64,000 nucleotides of DNA, taken from positions 416,001 to 480,000 of the forward strand of contig CAXMWX010000005.1 in assembly GCA_963422205.2 (NCBI GenBank), read 5' to 3'. Below are positions 8,341 to 19,785 of this stretch, piece by piece. This stretch comes from Gammaproteobacteria bacterium (GTDB taxonomy: Bacteria; Pseudomonadota; Gammaproteobacteria; Eutrophobiales; Eutrophobiaceae). Each line of letters begins with the position of its first letter. Position 1 is the stretch's first letter. The position numbers and the translations under genes were made by a program. The notes under the pieces are model-generated. The model searched no databases. It was not told the DNA's origin and was given only the letters and a program-made list of their open reading frames with translations.

Positions 8341-11300
8341 ATGAACCTACACCGCATTCCCGCATCGCCTAAAACCGACCGCACGACTTATCGATTCCAT
8401 CGCCTGCTCACGGGCCTGCTGACAGCCCTGCTGACAACCCTGCCGGCCCTTGTCCATGCCGAGGACACGGACATCTACTTCGGCGGCATCTCCTCATCCA
8501 GTGTCCATCCGAATATCCTACTCATTCTCGACACCTCCACCAGTATGGAGAATCGCGTCATCTCTACCCCGCCCAGGTCAAACCGTGCTGATGAGCCTTC
8601 CCGTCTGGAGGTGATGCAGGATGCCGTGCGGGGGATCATTGAAAACATCAACGATGTGAATATCGGCCTGATGCGCTTCAGTCGCCGGGATGGCGGGGCC
8701 GTGCTGTTTCCCATTGCCCCGATTGATGCCCCGCTCACTGACTATCTCAGCGAGGATGCCGACCGGGTGACCATCATGGCCACCCTCGGCACATCGTCTG
8801 ACGATGCGGTGCAAACGGGCAACACAGTGACACTGGACGACAATGTGCTTGAGTTTAACAATAACACGACTGTGGGGATCCGCTTCCCGGAGGTGAACAT
8901 CCCGCAGGGGGCCACGATTGAATCCGCCAGAATCACGTTTAACAGAGCAGGCAGGCTACTCGGAAATAACGGCCCTGTCACCATCGCCGTCCGGGGCGAA
9001 CGGGCTGTCAACGCCCCCCCATTCGCTGCACAGAACAGAAACATCAGCAAGCGCAACAAGACCGCCGCCCGTGTCACCTGGAGCCCTGATGACTGGGCGA
9101 CTTCGAATGATCCAGACCGCTATCACGACACGGCTGAACTCCAGCCCATTGTGCAGCAGATTGTCAATCGGGGCGGCTGGCAGCCCAACAACGCCATGAG
9201 CTTTATCTTTAAAACCAGCGGCCAGAATCGACCTGCTTGCTCCTCTCCCCCCTCTTCCCTCCCCTGCGGCCCCGACCAACGTCAGGCAACGGCGTATGAC
9301 TCCCCAGACCTCAAGCAGGCACCATGGCTGACAGTGACCTACAGGCGAACGACCAGCGAAACCAGGACCGTGCGCGACCGGCTGCTGGAGATCGTTGATG
9401 GACTCATCCCGGCCTCAGGCACGCCCATCGTCACCACGCTGCATGAGGCCGCCCGCTACTGGACGGGCGGTGCCATCAATTATGGCCAGGACCGGGGCGG
9501 CAGCCGCGTCACCCGCTTAAGTCACCCGGCCAGCTACTGCGAAGAGGATGATACCGGTGCGACCACCTGTAACGGCACCACGACCACCGACTTCGGCGTG
9601 GTCAACCCCTTCGGCTGTACCGCCGATGATCTCAACAGCCCGGCCTGCCTTAACCGCCGAATCTCCGGCACGCCCGCTTATCTCAGCCCGTTTCGCTCAT
9701 CCTGCCAGTCCAGCTATCAGGTGTTGCTGACAGACGGTCTGGCGACCCACTCCGATGATGCGGCGCGCACGGCCATTCCGACTGAATTTTTAAATGGCGC
9801 CACCTGTGTAAACAAGGCCAACGAAAATGAAGAATGCGGCGTGGAGCTGGCCGAGGCGCTGTTTGATAACGATCAGGACACCCAGCTGCCAGAGACACAA
9901 AACGTCACCACCTTCACTGTGGCATTTAACCTGGACGATGCTGGTGCCAGACAGTTTCTGGAGGACATGGCGGTGGCGGGCAGTGGCAGCGCGACCGGCT
10001 TTTATTCGGCCAGCAACAGCCAGGACCTGCTGAACGCCTTCAATACCATCCTCTCCAATGTGCAGGATGAGTCCACCGCTTTCGCCGCACCGGCCATCGC
10101 CACCAACCAGTTCAACAGCTTGGAAAGCCGCGATGCGATCTATTTCGGCATGTTCACACCGGCACGCTCGGCACGCTGGTTTGGCAATATCAAGCGCTAT
10201 CAGCTTTGTCTGGAGGAAGACCCGGATGGCGATGGCACGAACGACTGCACCTTTGGCGAGGTGCTGGATGCAAGAGGAGGAAGGGCCACCGATCCGACTA
10301 CCGATCAATTTCTGGGTACGGCGCAGAGCTTCTGGAGCACAGCCCCGGATGGCTCGCAGACCACGGAAGGCGGCGCTGGCGAGATACTGGACGACTACAC
10401 GGAGCGTGTGCTCTACACCAATGTGCGTAATCGGGTTGGTGGCCTGGCGCCCCCCGGTACTGACCTGGAGACCACGACCAGCGATGGTGGCTACAAGATC
10501 ACCGCCAGCAACTGGACGAGTCCCGGTTTAAATAAAGTCAGACGTCTGGTCTGTCGCCTGACGCCAACCACCACCCCACAACCCGCGGCCAATAACAACA
10601 ACCAGACGCGTTGCGAGGATCGCATGTTATGGATGCTGGGCAAGGCGATTGCCCCAGAGGCCACCGATCCGAGTACCTCAACACACTGGTCTATCTACGA
10701 TGTCTTGCACAGCGCCCCGGCCCCGGTCACCTACGGCGGCAGGGACAGCGATGGCGATGGTCTCATAGACACCTACTACGACAAGGTCTTCGTCGGCACC
10801 AATGATGGCATGCTGCACATGCTGGATGCGGCGACCGGCAAGGAAGACTGGGCCTTCATCCCACAGGGCATGTTGGTAAAACAATCGACCCTGTTTAACA
10901 ATGTGGAGTATGGCGGCAGCGACAGACCCACAGCGCACGTCTACGGGATAGACTCCCCGCCCACCATCCGCATGGTGGATGAAAACCGGGATGGCGTCAT
11001 TGATCCGACCGCTGGCGATTTTGTCCACCTGTATGTCGGCAACCGGCGCGGCGGCAATCGCTATTATGCGCTGGATGTCACGCCAACGCAGGCCATGGAC
11101 TCCAATACCAGCGCCGCCAGCGCCAGGATTTACCCCACATACCTCTGGGGCATCAAGGGGGAAGGCCGGATCGCTGGCGAACTACCGGTGTCAAGGTTGG
11201 CTACGAGTGGCTTTAGACGCCTGGCGCAGACCTGGTCACAGCCCGTGCTGGCCGATATACGTGTGCGTACATCATCCCCCCCCCCTAACGCTAACGACAC

Positions 11301-12480
11301 CGCCATCAAAACCGTGCTGATATTCGGCGGCGGCTATGATGAGAGGCTGGATGGTGATGGCAACTTCTCCGCCTCGGACACGGGCAGGTTTGCCATTACT
11401 GATTCCGCAGGCAACATCAGAAACGCTGTGGGCAATGCGGTATTCATCGTCGATGCGGATGAGGGTGAGTTGTTGCTGAGCATTACCGGTGGTGGGCCCG
11501 GGGCCACAGGGGGCAACCGCGCTATCCGGGTAGACGATATGAACTACTCGGTACCCGCCCCGGTTACCGTGTTTGACAGTGATGGTGATGGAGTGGAGGA
11601 TCGGATTTACTTTGCCGACACCGGTGGTCAAGTGTTCCGCGTGGATCTGGGTAATGATATCAGGGAGAACGGTACAGGTCTGGATGGCACTGTCAGCAAT
11701 CGTACCGTAGTCGGTCGGTTGGCGGCCATCGCAACGCCCGGCACGCCCGTCGATGAGCGGCGCTTCTTCACCCAGCCCATCGTCGTACAGGTGCAGGATT
11801 TTAACTACTCGGATGCGGCCAATGGTGAGTTTGATTATGTGCTGATAGGCTCAGGGTATGAGCCGCGCCCGCTGAACACCCAGGTCAATGATCGCTTCTA
11901 TGGTTTCCGTGATCTTCGCATCGCCAAAATGCAGGACACGAATGGCGATAATCTGGCCGATGGTTATCCGGCACGCTCCGGCGCGATATCAGGAACCGGG
12001 CCCATCGGTCACGGTAACGCCGCTGACCTGGTGGATATCACCCAAGCACCCCTGGCAACCACTGACACCACCCGCAGCGCGACTGGCTGGTATTATGATT
12101 TTGACAGTGATACCGATGTGATTGCCGGCGAGAAGGTCATCCGCCGGCCTCGGGTGCTGGGCGGCGTGTTGCTGTTCTCATCCTACCGTCCTGGCGCCGG
12201 TGCCAGTACGGTTGATGAATGCAGCGCCAATGTCGGTCTCAGCCATGATTACAACTGGAATATCCTCTCCGGCGCCGCAGCGCTGGATTGGGATGGTGAT
12301 GGTGATATAGACGCTGACGATCGCGCCCGCGAAGGCAGTGCTGGCGTTAACTCCGGGGGTGTGCCCATATATACCGATGATGGGGTTTTACTGCTGAAAA
12401 CCACGGGTGCCGGTCTTGGCACCGAGCGGGTAACATCGGGTGTGCCACGCTTTAGAACCTACTGGCATGATGGCCTGTAG
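8341..12480 (+). CDS. pilY1: PilY1/PilC type IV pilus tip adhesin (vWA domain plus beta-propeller)
   Basis: Signal peptide then AEDTDIYF; MIDAS-like ILDTSTSM and LLTDG; VFVGTNDGMLH...GKEDWAFIP; QTWSQP; FGGGYD; Ca-binding DSDGDGVEDRIYFADTGG; ends RTYW. Confidence 0.92.
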   Translation: MNLHRIPASPKTDRTTYRFHRLLTGLLTALLTTLPALVHAEDTDIYFGGISSSSVHPNILLILDTSTSMENRVISTPPRSNRADEPSRLEVMQDAVRGIIENINDVNIGLMRFSRRDGGAVLFPIAPIDAPLTDYLSEDADRVTIMATLGTSSDDAVQTGNTVTLDDNVLEFNNNTTVGIRFPEVNIPQGATIESARITFNRAGRLLGNNGPVTIAVRGERAVNAPPFAAQNRNISKRNKTAARVTWSPDDWATSNDPDRYHDTAELQPIVQQIVNRGGWQPNNAMSFIFKTSGQNRPACSSPPSSLPCGPDQRQATAYDSPDLKQAPWLTVTYRRTTSETRTVRDRLLEIVDGLIPASGTPIVTTLHEAARYWTGGAINYGQDRGGSRVTRLSHPASYCEEDDTGATTCNGTTTTDFGVVNPFGCTADDLNSPACLNRRISGTPAYLSPFRSSCQSSYQVLLTDGLATHSDDAARTAIPTEFLNGATCVNKANENEECGVELAEALFDNDQDTQLPETQNVTTFTVAFNLDDAGARQFLEDMAVAGSGSATGFYSASNSQDLLNAFNTILSNVQDESTAFAAPAIATNQFNSLESRDAIYFGMFTPARSARWFGNIKRYQLCLEEDPDGDGTNDCTFGEVLDARGGRATDPTTDQFLGTAQSFWSTAPDGSQTTEGGAGEILDDYTERVLYTNVRNRVGGLAPPGTDLETTTSDGGYKITASNWTSPGLNKVRRLVCRLTPTTTPQPAANNNNQTRCEDRMLWMLGKAIAPEATDPSTSTHWSIYDVLHSAPAPVTYGGRDSDGDGLIDTYYDKVFVGTNDGMLHMLDAATGKEDWAFIPQGMLVKQSTLFNNVEYGGSDRPTAHVYGIDSPPTIRMVDENRDGVIDPTAGDFVHLYVGNRRGGNRYYALDVTPTQAMDSNTSAASARIYPTYLWGIKGEGRIAGELPVSRLATSGFRRLAQTWSQPVLADIRVRTSSPPPNANDTAIKTVLIFGGGYDERLDGDGNFSASDTGRFAITDSAGNIRNAVGNAVFIVDADEGELLLSITGGGPGATGGNRAIRVDDMNYSVPAPVTVFDSDGDGVEDRIYFADTGGQVFRVDLGNDIRENGTGLDGTVSNRTVVGRLAAIATPGTPVDERRFFTQPIVVQVQDFNYSDAANGEFDYVLIGSGYEPRPLNTQVNDRFYGFRDLRIAKMQDTNGDNLADGYPARSGAISGTGPIGHGNAADLVDITQAPLATTDTTRSATGWYYDFDSDTDVIAGEKVIRRPRVLGGVLLFSSYRPGAGASTVDECSANVGLSHDYNWNILSGAAALDWDGDGDIDADDRAREGSAGVNSGGVPIYTDDGVLLLKTTGAGLGTERVTSGVPRFRTYWHDGL

Positions 12481-12619
12481 CTGGCGATGATGATAAGGCT
12501 ATCGATCGCGCCTGCCGGAAAACAGATAAGGTAACGGAATCTGCAACGACGTGTTGTCTACTTAACTTAAACCAGGTGAACTGGAAGAAGACAGACAATC
12601 TCCGAGGCCGTGTTAGTTG

Positions 12620-12890
12620 ATGGACACGTATAAAGCGCCGGAACAACTGAAGAGGCTTGCTGGTGACAGCTTGCTGCTGCCGTTGTGAGTGCGCCTGCGT
12701 TTGGAGCAAGCCGGTTTCTCAACAGAGCCAGTGACAGCTTTGGTTGAGGCACAGCGTGATGCCTTTGCCGGGCAACCAGCCACCCAGGCCGACCTGGCAC
12801 TGACTACGCAAGAACTCACCGCTGAAATACAGACCATGAAAACCAGCTTTCAGGGGAGATTGGTGTTGCGCTACTGGATGCCTGGTTTTA
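12620..12890 (+). pseudogene. Degenerate DUF1640-like coiled-coil gene fragment(s)
   Basis: MDTYKAPEQLKR... in one frame and RLEQAGFSTEPVTALVEAQRDAFAGQPATQADLALTTQELTAEIQTMK...RYWM from 12689; similar to the ORF at 2532. Confidence 0.5.
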
Positions 12891-13115
12891 GCCGGCGCAT
12901 CACGACGCTGCCCATGCTGCCAATTCTCGCCGCCATCCTGCGAACATACTCTGCCGACAATTTTCTTCTATTAACTAAACCGCAAACGCTGGCGAACAAT
13001 GATTTTTCAGGCGCTTATCTGCTCATTACTGCAATACCAGGTTGTCACGAGGCAGCCGCCTTAGAACATGCAGTGACATTGGCAGCCGGCCGGACACACT
13101 GTGTGCCAAGGGCGG

Positions 13116-13592
13116 CTATTGACAATGCTCGGCCAGATATTCCCGTGCCTTCGCCAACTCTGCCTGGCGTTGCTCCTCGCCAATACGCACACGCTGCCCA
13201 TCTTCACTCACTTTATTCACCCTGGGCCTGGAATACGATGCCAGACGCCGCCTGGCATTATCGCAACGTTGTTTTTTAGCGGCTTTCTCTTCGGCCTGTT
13301 GTTGCTTCTCATCAGCGTTCTTCTGGCGTTGGTCAGCGCGCTTCCTAAACCCTTCAACCCGGTCTTGCAAATCCTGCTGCGCCTGCGTCGATCCCTTGCT
13401 GTATTTCGGCTCCACCACATCTGACTCAACCCCTGGCGGCGGATTTTGGCTGAACTGAACATTGCCGTCCTCATCCACCCATTTATAGACTCGGGCAGAT
13501 GCCGGTGTCGTGATGATGAGGATAAAAAACAGGCCCGGCGCCAGCAGCCTGGTAAACAACGGATGAGATGTCACGCCATCGTTATTCATCAT
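13116..13592 (-). CDS. DUF4124 domain secreted protein
   Basis: Signal peptide then VYKWVDEDGNVQFSQNPPPG, a coiled coil, and C-x-AR...C. Confidence 0.85.
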   Translation of the reverse strand: MMNNDGVTSHPLFTRLLAPGLFFILIITTPASARVYKWVDEDGNVQFSQNPPPGVESDVVEPKYSKGSTQAQQDLQDRVEGFRKRADQRQKNADEKQQQAEEKAAKKQRCDNARRRLASYSRPRVNKVSEDGQRVRIGEEQRQAELAKAREYLAEHCQ

Positions 13593-13753
13593 TAATCCTC
13601 ATTAATCCACCGCCCTCGGAGGATCATAGCATACCTGAATAATACTGTTATATATAGGATTGACTATGAAATTTATCGTTCCCAAGGCACCGAAATATAG
13701 TATGCTTGAGGCGTGCAATCAAACCTATCATCTACGTACAGAGGACAGAGATC

Positions 13754-14230
13754 ATGAACAAGCGCATACTCCCGTTCCTGGCATTACCCCCGCTGTTTTT
13801 TTTTCTACTGCCAAGTCAGGCGGTTACGGTTTTTCAATGTAAAGATGCCAGCGGCCGCATAAGTTTTCAGGACCGCTGCCCGCCAGGGACAACGCGGGTA
13901 GGAGAGAAAACATACGCCAGCAGAAAATCCACGGACGATGTCGGCTCATTCAGCGGCCCGGTCACGCTCTACCGCATCCCCGATTGCGGCGGCTGTGAAC
14001 AGGTTAAGGAGTTTATGGCCGCCAGAGGCATTGCGGTGACAGAGAAAGATGTCAATGACAATGTCGATAACCAGGGCGAGTTGCAAGATAAAACAGGGGA
14101 GTTGCGGGTGCCGACCGTAATCATCGGCGACAAGGCGATCACCGGCTACAACCGCAACAGCCTGATCTCGGCCTTGAGCGAGGCAGGCTACCGATCTTCC
14201 GACCAGCAAGAGGGTGGCGGCGAGAACTGA
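13754..14230 (+). CDS. DUF4124 plus glutaredoxin (NrdH-like) domain protein
   Basis: VFQCKDASGRISFQDRCPPG; VTLY..DCGGC (CxxC); VPTVIIGDKAITGYN. Confidence 0.82.
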   Translation: MNKRILPFLALPPLFFFLLPSQAVTVFQCKDASGRISFQDRCPPGTTRVGEKTYASRKSTDDVGSFSGPVTLYRIPDCGGCEQVKEFMAARGIAVTEKDVNDNVDNQGELQDKTGELRVPTVIIGDKAITGYNRNSLISALSEAGYRSSDQQEGGGEN

Positions 14231-14334
14231 GAGACGACCTGCTAACAGCCGGGCTGTATTGAAATCATTAACCTCAGGCATTGACCTCAGGATATCGCCC
14301 CCGGAATATCAACTTTGGACATCAAGCCAAAACA

Positions 14335-15303
14335 TTAATTCTGGGCCGTATCAAGCCGCGAATCGTCGGCCATCAACTCCCTGGGCAAAGAGAACACCAC
14401 GCTCTCCCGAATGCCCGGTGCTTCGATCACCGTATCGGTGCCTGATTGCTTGAGCTTGTCTATCACCTCTTCAACCAGCACCTCGGGGGCCGAGGCCCCG
14501 GCGGTGAGACCGATACGGTTTTTCCCCTTCAGCCAGTGACTTTGAATTTCAGACGCATTGTCGATCAGATAAGCCGGCACCCCTTTTTTCTGCGAGATCT
14601 CCATCAGGCGGGTGGAGTTGGAACTGTTCTGCGAACCGACCACCAAAATCAGATCACAATCAGCCGTGAGTTTTTTCACCGCATCCTGCCGGTTCTGCGT
14701 GGCATAGCAGATATCTTCTTTTTTCGGCCCAACGATCTTGGGGAAACGCTGCCGCAAGGCATCGATCACCTCGGCGGTGTCGTCCATTGACAGGGTTGTC
14801 TGGGTGACAAACGCCAGGAAATCCGCATTATTGACTTGCAGGTTCCAAACATCCTCCACCGACTCGACCAGATACATGCCTGCCTGCGGATGCCTGGATT
14901 CGTACTGCCCGATAGTGCCTTCCACTTCCGGGTGGCCTGCATGGCCTATCAGAATACACTCGCGGCCCTCATCCTGATACCGCCCGACCTCCATGTGCAC
15001 TTTTGTGACCAAGGGACAAATCGCATCAAATACCCGCAGACCACGTTGACATGCGACTTCACGCACGGCCTTCGATACCCCGTGTGCGCTGAAGATGACT
15101 GTGGCTTCATTCGGCACCTCATCCAGCTCTTCGACAAACACGGCGCCTTTCTCCCGCAAGGTATCGACCACGTACTTGTTATGTACCACTTCATGCCGCA
15201 CATAGACCGGCGCACCAAATAACGTAAGCGCACGTTCCACAATCTCAATCGCCCGGTCAACACCAGCACAAAAGCCGCGGGGGTTAGCTAAGGTTATCTG
15301 CAT
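14335..15303 (-). CDS. ispH: 4-hydroxy-3-methylbut-2-enyl diphosphate reductase
   Basis: [42 protein letters not shown] and TAGASAPE. Confidence 0.98.
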   Translation of the reverse strand: MQITLANPRGFCAGVDRAIEIVERALTLFGAPVYVRHEVVHNKYVVDTLREKGAVFVEELDEVPNEATVIFSAHGVSKAVREVACQRGLRVFDAICPLVTKVHMEVGRYQDEGRECILIGHAGHPEVEGTIGQYESRHPQAGMYLVESVEDVWNLQVNNADFLAFVTQTTLSMDDTAEVIDALRQRFPKIVGPKKEDICYATQNRQDAVKKLTADCDLILVVGSQNSSNSTRLMEISQKKGVPAYLIDNASEIQSHWLKGKNRIGLTAGASAPEVLVEEVIDKLKQSGTDTVIEAPGIRESVVFSLPRELMADDSRLDTAQN

Positions 15304-15429
15304 AATCAGCCCATCGTTATACGTATAAAAGGGCATTGTATACTGTCAGACGGCCGCTTGCACCCGGCAAATGCGACCGGCGAGGATGATCGATTCAGTG
15401 TGACCAACTCAAGCCCCGGCACCCGCATC

Positions 15430-15939
15430 TCAGCGTGTGTCCTTTCTGCCGGCAGCCGTGCTGACCTTGGCCTGATCCAGCCAGATGGCATCGATGATCA
15501 ACATAACCGCCCCCACCGTGATGGCAGTATCGGCCACATTAAACACCGGCCAATGCCACCTGCCATAATACACATCGAAAAAATCAATGACGTACCCCAG
15601 AGAGAGACGATCCCACAGATTGCCTGCCGCCCCGCCCAGCACCAAGGCCAGGGCGCTGGCCAACCCGTGTTGTTCCCGGGGCAGGCGCAACAGCCAGACT
15701 GTCAGGACAAGCATCACGATAAGCCCCAGCACGATAAAAAAATACCGCTGCCAGCCGCCCGCATCGCCCAGCAGGCTAAAGGCAGCACCCGCATTGTGTA
15801 CCAGCGTCAGATTAACGCCGGGGAGAAGCGCATAAGGCACGGCAAAGCTCAGATATTTCGTGGCCAGGTATTTTGTCAACTGATCCAGCAACAGCACCAG
15901 CACAGACAGCAGCAGCCATTTTTTATTGCCGACCTTCAT
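15430..15939 (-). CDS. lspA: Lipoprotein signal peptidase II
   Basis: DQLTK, HNAGAAFS, GNLWDR, VIDF and WPVFNVAD. Confidence 0.97.
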   Translation of the reverse strand: MKVGNKKWLLLSVLVLLLDQLTKYLATKYLSFAVPYALLPGVNLTLVHNAGAAFSLLGDAGGWQRYFFIVLGLIVMLVLTVWLLRLPREQHGLASALALVLGGAAGNLWDRLSLGYVIDFFDVYYGRWHWPVFNVADTAITVGAVMLIIDAIWLDQAKVSTAAGRKDTR

Positions 15940-15950
15940 ATCAATGCAGG

Positions 15951-18788
15951 CTAACACCAATGCCGTGCTTCACCATCGCCCGCGATATTACCGACACAGC
16001 GCGTACACAACGCGGGATGTTCGGCCTGCTGCCCTACGTCCTGGCAACGATGCCAGCAACGCACACACTTGGCCTGTGCGGAGGCTTCAATGGCTAATGC
16101 CAGGCCGTCCAGCGTGGTCTTGCGTGCGCCTGTATCGGCACTGGCATCAACACCGGCCAGCGGCAATACCGTTGCTTTTGAGGTGATGAGAAAAAAACGT
16201 AACTCCCCGGCCACCTTGTCCAGCAGGGAACAGAATGCCTGATCACAATAAAGCGTCACCTCCGCATCCAGCGAGGAACCGATGGCACCGGCAGCGCGCA
16301 GGCGCTCCAGCTCCCGACTCACTTCCTCACGCAGCCGGATCAGGCTCGCCCAGTCCTGCAAGGCATCGGCATCGACTGCTGGGGCTGCCCCATACCACTC
16401 ATCCAGAAAGACAGAGGCACGGCGAGAGCCGGGAATGTATTGCCACAACTCATCGGCGGTAAAACTCAAGATCGGTGCCAGCCAGCGGCTCATCGCTTCG
16501 ATAATATGGTACATGCAGGTCTGTGCAGAACGTCTGGCGATCGAGTCGGCCGGCAAGGTGTAGATGCGATCTTTGATAATATCCAGAAACAAACTCCCCA
16601 GGATCACCACACAAAAATGATGAATTTTTTGATAAATCAAATGAAATTGAAACTCATGATAGGCGCAGATGATCGCCTGCTGTAGCTGCATGGCCTGATG
16701 CAACACCCACCTGTCCAAATCGAGCATCGCTGCCACCGCAACACAATCATGCGGCGGATTAAAATCATGCAGGTTGGCCAGCAGATAGCGTGCCGTGTTG
16801 CGGATACGGCGATAGGCATCGGCGGTGCGCTTGAGTATCTCCTCCGAGACGCTCATTTCTGTGCGGTAATCCGTGGCCGCCACCCACAAGCGCAACACAT
16901 CCGCCCCCAGCGTCTTCATGATTTTTTGCGGTGCCACCACATTGCCGCGCGATTTCGACATCTTGTGGCCTTTGGCATCGACAGTAAAACCATGCGTCAA
17001 CACGGTTTTGTAAGGTGCCGCCGCATGCATCCCCACGCCGGTCAGCAGGGCAGACTGAAACCAGCCTCGATGCTGATCCGAGCCCTCCAGATACAAGTCG
17101 GCAGGATGGTGTAACCCGGCATGGGTTTGCAGCACCGAGGTGTGCGTCACCCCGGAATCAAACCACACATCCAGCACATCGTCGGCTTTTTCATAGGCAG
17201 CCGCCTCCGCCCCCAGCAGGCTCTCCGGCGCAAGCTCAAACCAGGCATCAATCCCCCGGGTTTCGATCTGCTTCGCCACAGCCTCGATCAACTGCGCCGT
17301 GTCGGGATGCAACTCGCCGGTTTCCTTATGGATAAACACAGCAACAGGCACACCCCAGCAGCGTTGCCTGGAAATACACCAGTCGGTGCGCTCGGCGACC
17401 ATGCTGTGGATGCGCTGCCGCCCCCATTCAGGCAGCCATATCACCTGATCGATGGCGGCGAGCGCCTGCTCTCTTAGCTGCTGGTTGTCCATGCCAAAAA
17501 ACCATTGCGGTGTCGCCCGAAAGATGACCGGAGACTGATGCCGCCAGCAATGCGGATAACTGTGTTGAAGCCTTGCCTCGGCCAGCAGGTTGCCGTTATT
17601 TTCTACCACCTCAATGACATGCGGGTTGGCGGCGAACACATGCTCACCGGCAAAATACGTCACATCATCATCGAAACATCCGTTGTCGCCAACCGGGCTG
17701 GTCACGACCAGCTTATATTCAAGCCCTGCCTGATAGTCATCAACCCCATGCCCCGGTGCGGTGTGTACCGCCCCCGTGCCGGCCTCAAGGGTAACGTGCG
17801 CCCCTAGGATCACCGGCACCTGCCGGTCGTAGAACGGATGGCGTAACAACACCGCTTGCAGTTCCGCCCCCGTCCTCATGGCAAGGCACTCATACGCCTT
17901 GAAGCCGTATCTCTGCATGGCGGCATCGACCAGCTTTGCCGCCAGAATAAGACGCTCTCTTGTGCCATCATCGTGATGCACTTCAATCAGGCTGTAGTCA
18001 TATTCCCGATGAACTGCCACGGCTTGATTTGCCGGCAATGTCCAGGGCGTGGTCGTCCAAATCACCACCGAGGTCTTTATCTTATCGGCGATAACATCAT
18101 CACGCCCGAAGACAGCCAACACCGCCTCCTCATCGGCTACCGGAAAGCACACATCAATGGCAGGCGATCGCCGTTGCTGATACTCAACTTCAGCTTCCGC
18201 CAGAGCAGAGCCGCAATCCATGCACCAGTACACCGGCTTATAACCCTTCATGAGATGCCCGGCAGCAATCATCCGACCGAGCGCACGCACTGTATCGGCC
18301 TCCATCTTAAAGGCCATCGTCATGTAAGGTGCATCCCAGTCGCCCAGCACGCCCAGACGCTTAAAGTCATCCCGCTGTTTATCGATCTGCCCAAGGGCAT
18401 ACTCACGACAGGCACAACGGAAATCACGGGCGCTGATCTTCGCCCCGGGCTTGCCGGATTTTTTCTCTACCTGTAACTCGATCGGCAATCCATGACAATC
18501 CCAGCCAGGCACATAAGGGCTGTCAAACCCCGCCAGGCTTTTTGATTTGACGATAATATCCTTGAGGATCTTGTTGACGGCATGGCCGATATGAATATCC
18601 CCATTGGCATACGGTGGGCCGTCATGCAGCACGTATTTATCACAGCCGGCCTTGGCTTCACGCAGCCGTTGATACAGGTTCATCTCATGCCAGCGTTGCA
18701 GCATCTGCGGCTCCCGGTTGGCCAGGTTGGCCTTCATGGGGAACTCCGTGCTGGGCAGATTCAAGGTGTCTTTATACGGATTATTCAT
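15951..18788 (-). CDS. ileS: Isoleucine--tRNA ligase
   Basis: [27 protein letters not shown] and a C-terminal CxRCW...CxRC zinc finger. Confidence 0.98.
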   Translation of the reverse strand: MNNPYKDTLNLPSTEFPMKANLANREPQMLQRWHEMNLYQRLREAKAGCDKYVLHDGPPYANGDIHIGHAVNKILKDIIVKSKSLAGFDSPYVPGWDCHGLPIELQVEKKSGKPGAKISARDFRCACREYALGQIDKQRDDFKRLGVLGDWDAPYMTMAFKMEADTVRALGRMIAAGHLMKGYKPVYWCMDCGSALAEAEVEYQQRRSPAIDVCFPVADEEAVLAVFGRDDVIADKIKTSVVIWTTTPWTLPANQAVAVHREYDYSLIEVHHDDGTRERLILAAKLVDAAMQRYGFKAYECLAMRTGAELQAVLLRHPFYDRQVPVILGAHVTLEAGTGAVHTAPGHGVDDYQAGLEYKLVVTSPVGDNGCFDDDVTYFAGEHVFAANPHVIEVVENNGNLLAEARLQHSYPHCWRHQSPVIFRATPQWFFGMDNQQLREQALAAIDQVIWLPEWGRQRIHSMVAERTDWCISRQRCWGVPVAVFIHKETGELHPDTAQLIEAVAKQIETRGIDAWFELAPESLLGAEAAAYEKADDVLDVWFDSGVTHTSVLQTHAGLHHPADLYLEGSDQHRGWFQSALLTGVGMHAAAPYKTVLTHGFTVDAKGHKMSKSRGNVVAPQKIMKTLGADVLRLWVAATDYRTEMSVSEEILKRTADAYRRIRNTARYLLANLHDFNPPHDCVAVAAMLDLDRWVLHQAMQLQQAIICAYHEFQFHLIYQKIHHFCVVILGSLFLDIIKDRIYTLPADSIARRSAQTCMYHIIEAMSRWLAPILSFTADELWQYIPGSRRASVFLDEWYGAAPAVDADALQDWASLIRLREEVSRELERLRAAGAIGSSLDAEVTLYCDQAFCSLLDKVAGELRFFLITSKATVLPLAGVDASADTGARKTTLDGLALAIEASAQAKCVRCWHRCQDVGQQAEHPALCTRCVGNIAGDGEARHWC

Positions 18789-18849
18789 GCGCTTATGCGG
18801 GATGTTCCAGTGACTGACATACGCCAATACGCCGCCATGCTGTGCGGGC

Positions 18850-19785
18850 TTACTCAGCGCTGCCTAAAATGGCCTTCGCCTGGGCGACATCAACGTGCAT
18901 TTGACCAACCAGTTCAGCCACCGTCGGGAAGGCACGGTCAAACCGGAGATGGCTGACAAACTCTACCTTGATACGCCGCCCATAAATATCCCCGGGATCG
19001 GTAAAGATAAAGACTTCCAGAAACAAGCGGGCACCATTAAACGTCGGGCGCGTACCCAGATAGGCAATCGCCGGCATCGCCTCAGACAGCAGATCGTGAA
19101 CCCGCACGGCAAAAATCCCCAGTAGCGGTGGCTTGTGATTACGCATTGAAATATTGGCTGTCGGGAAACCCAACTCACGACCACGCTTGTCGCCGTGCAT
19201 GACACGCCCGATCAGAAAATAAGGACGCCCCAGTAATTTCTCTGCCAGCCCCAGTTTGCCTTTTTTCAGGGCATCTCGGATACGGCTGCTGCTGACCCGC
19301 TCATTATCAATGGAATAGGTCTCGGTTGCAAACACCTCAAACCCCAGCCCCTGTCCCATCTGTTGCAGGGTTTGAAAATTACCGGCACGATTCTTACCAA
19401 AACGAAAATCATCGCCGACCACCACGACCTTGACATTCAGCCCGTTGAGCAAAATTTTTTTAATAAACTCTTCCGCCGTCAAGGCAGCAAATTTATGATT
19501 AAAACGCATACACACCAGGCGATCGATATCCAGCTCGCTGAACAGCAGTATCTTCTCACGGATGCTGTTAATACGGTATGGAATAGTATGCGGAGAGAAA
19601 TACTCAATACTGTGCGGCTCAAAGGTCATGATGACCGTTTCCAGATCACGCGCCCTGGCAATCGCACACACCTGCCGGTAGATGGTTTGATGGCCAAGAT
19701 GCAGACCATCGAAATTACCGATGGTCAAGACGCAGCCCCGGGCCGAGCAGGTGCTCGCATCCACATGTCGGATAAGCTCCATCAT
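18850..19785 (-). CDS. ribF: Bifunctional riboflavin kinase/FAD synthetase
   Basis: [26 protein letters not shown] and [10 protein letters not shown]. Confidence 0.97.
   Translation of the reverse strand: MMELIRHVDASTCSARGCVLTIGNFDGLHLGHQTIYRQVCAIARARDLETVIMTFEPHSIEYFSPHTIPYRINSIREKILLFSELDIDRLVCMRFNHKFAALTAEEFIKKILLNGLNVKVVVVGDDFRFGKNRAGNFQTLQQMGQGLGFEVFATETYSIDNERVSSSRIRDALKKGKLGLAEKLLGRPYFLIGRVMHGDKRGRELGFPTANISMRNHKPPLLGIFAVRVHDLLSEAMPAIAYLGTRPTFNGARLFLEVFIFTDPGDIYGRRIKVEFVSHLRFDRAFPTVAELVGQMHVDVAQAKAILGSAE

Noticed and set aside
12689-13279. 196-aa ORF as a full-length gene
   Set aside because: Only the first 65 or so residues look DUF1640-like; the rest is read-through antisense to the DUF4124 gene.
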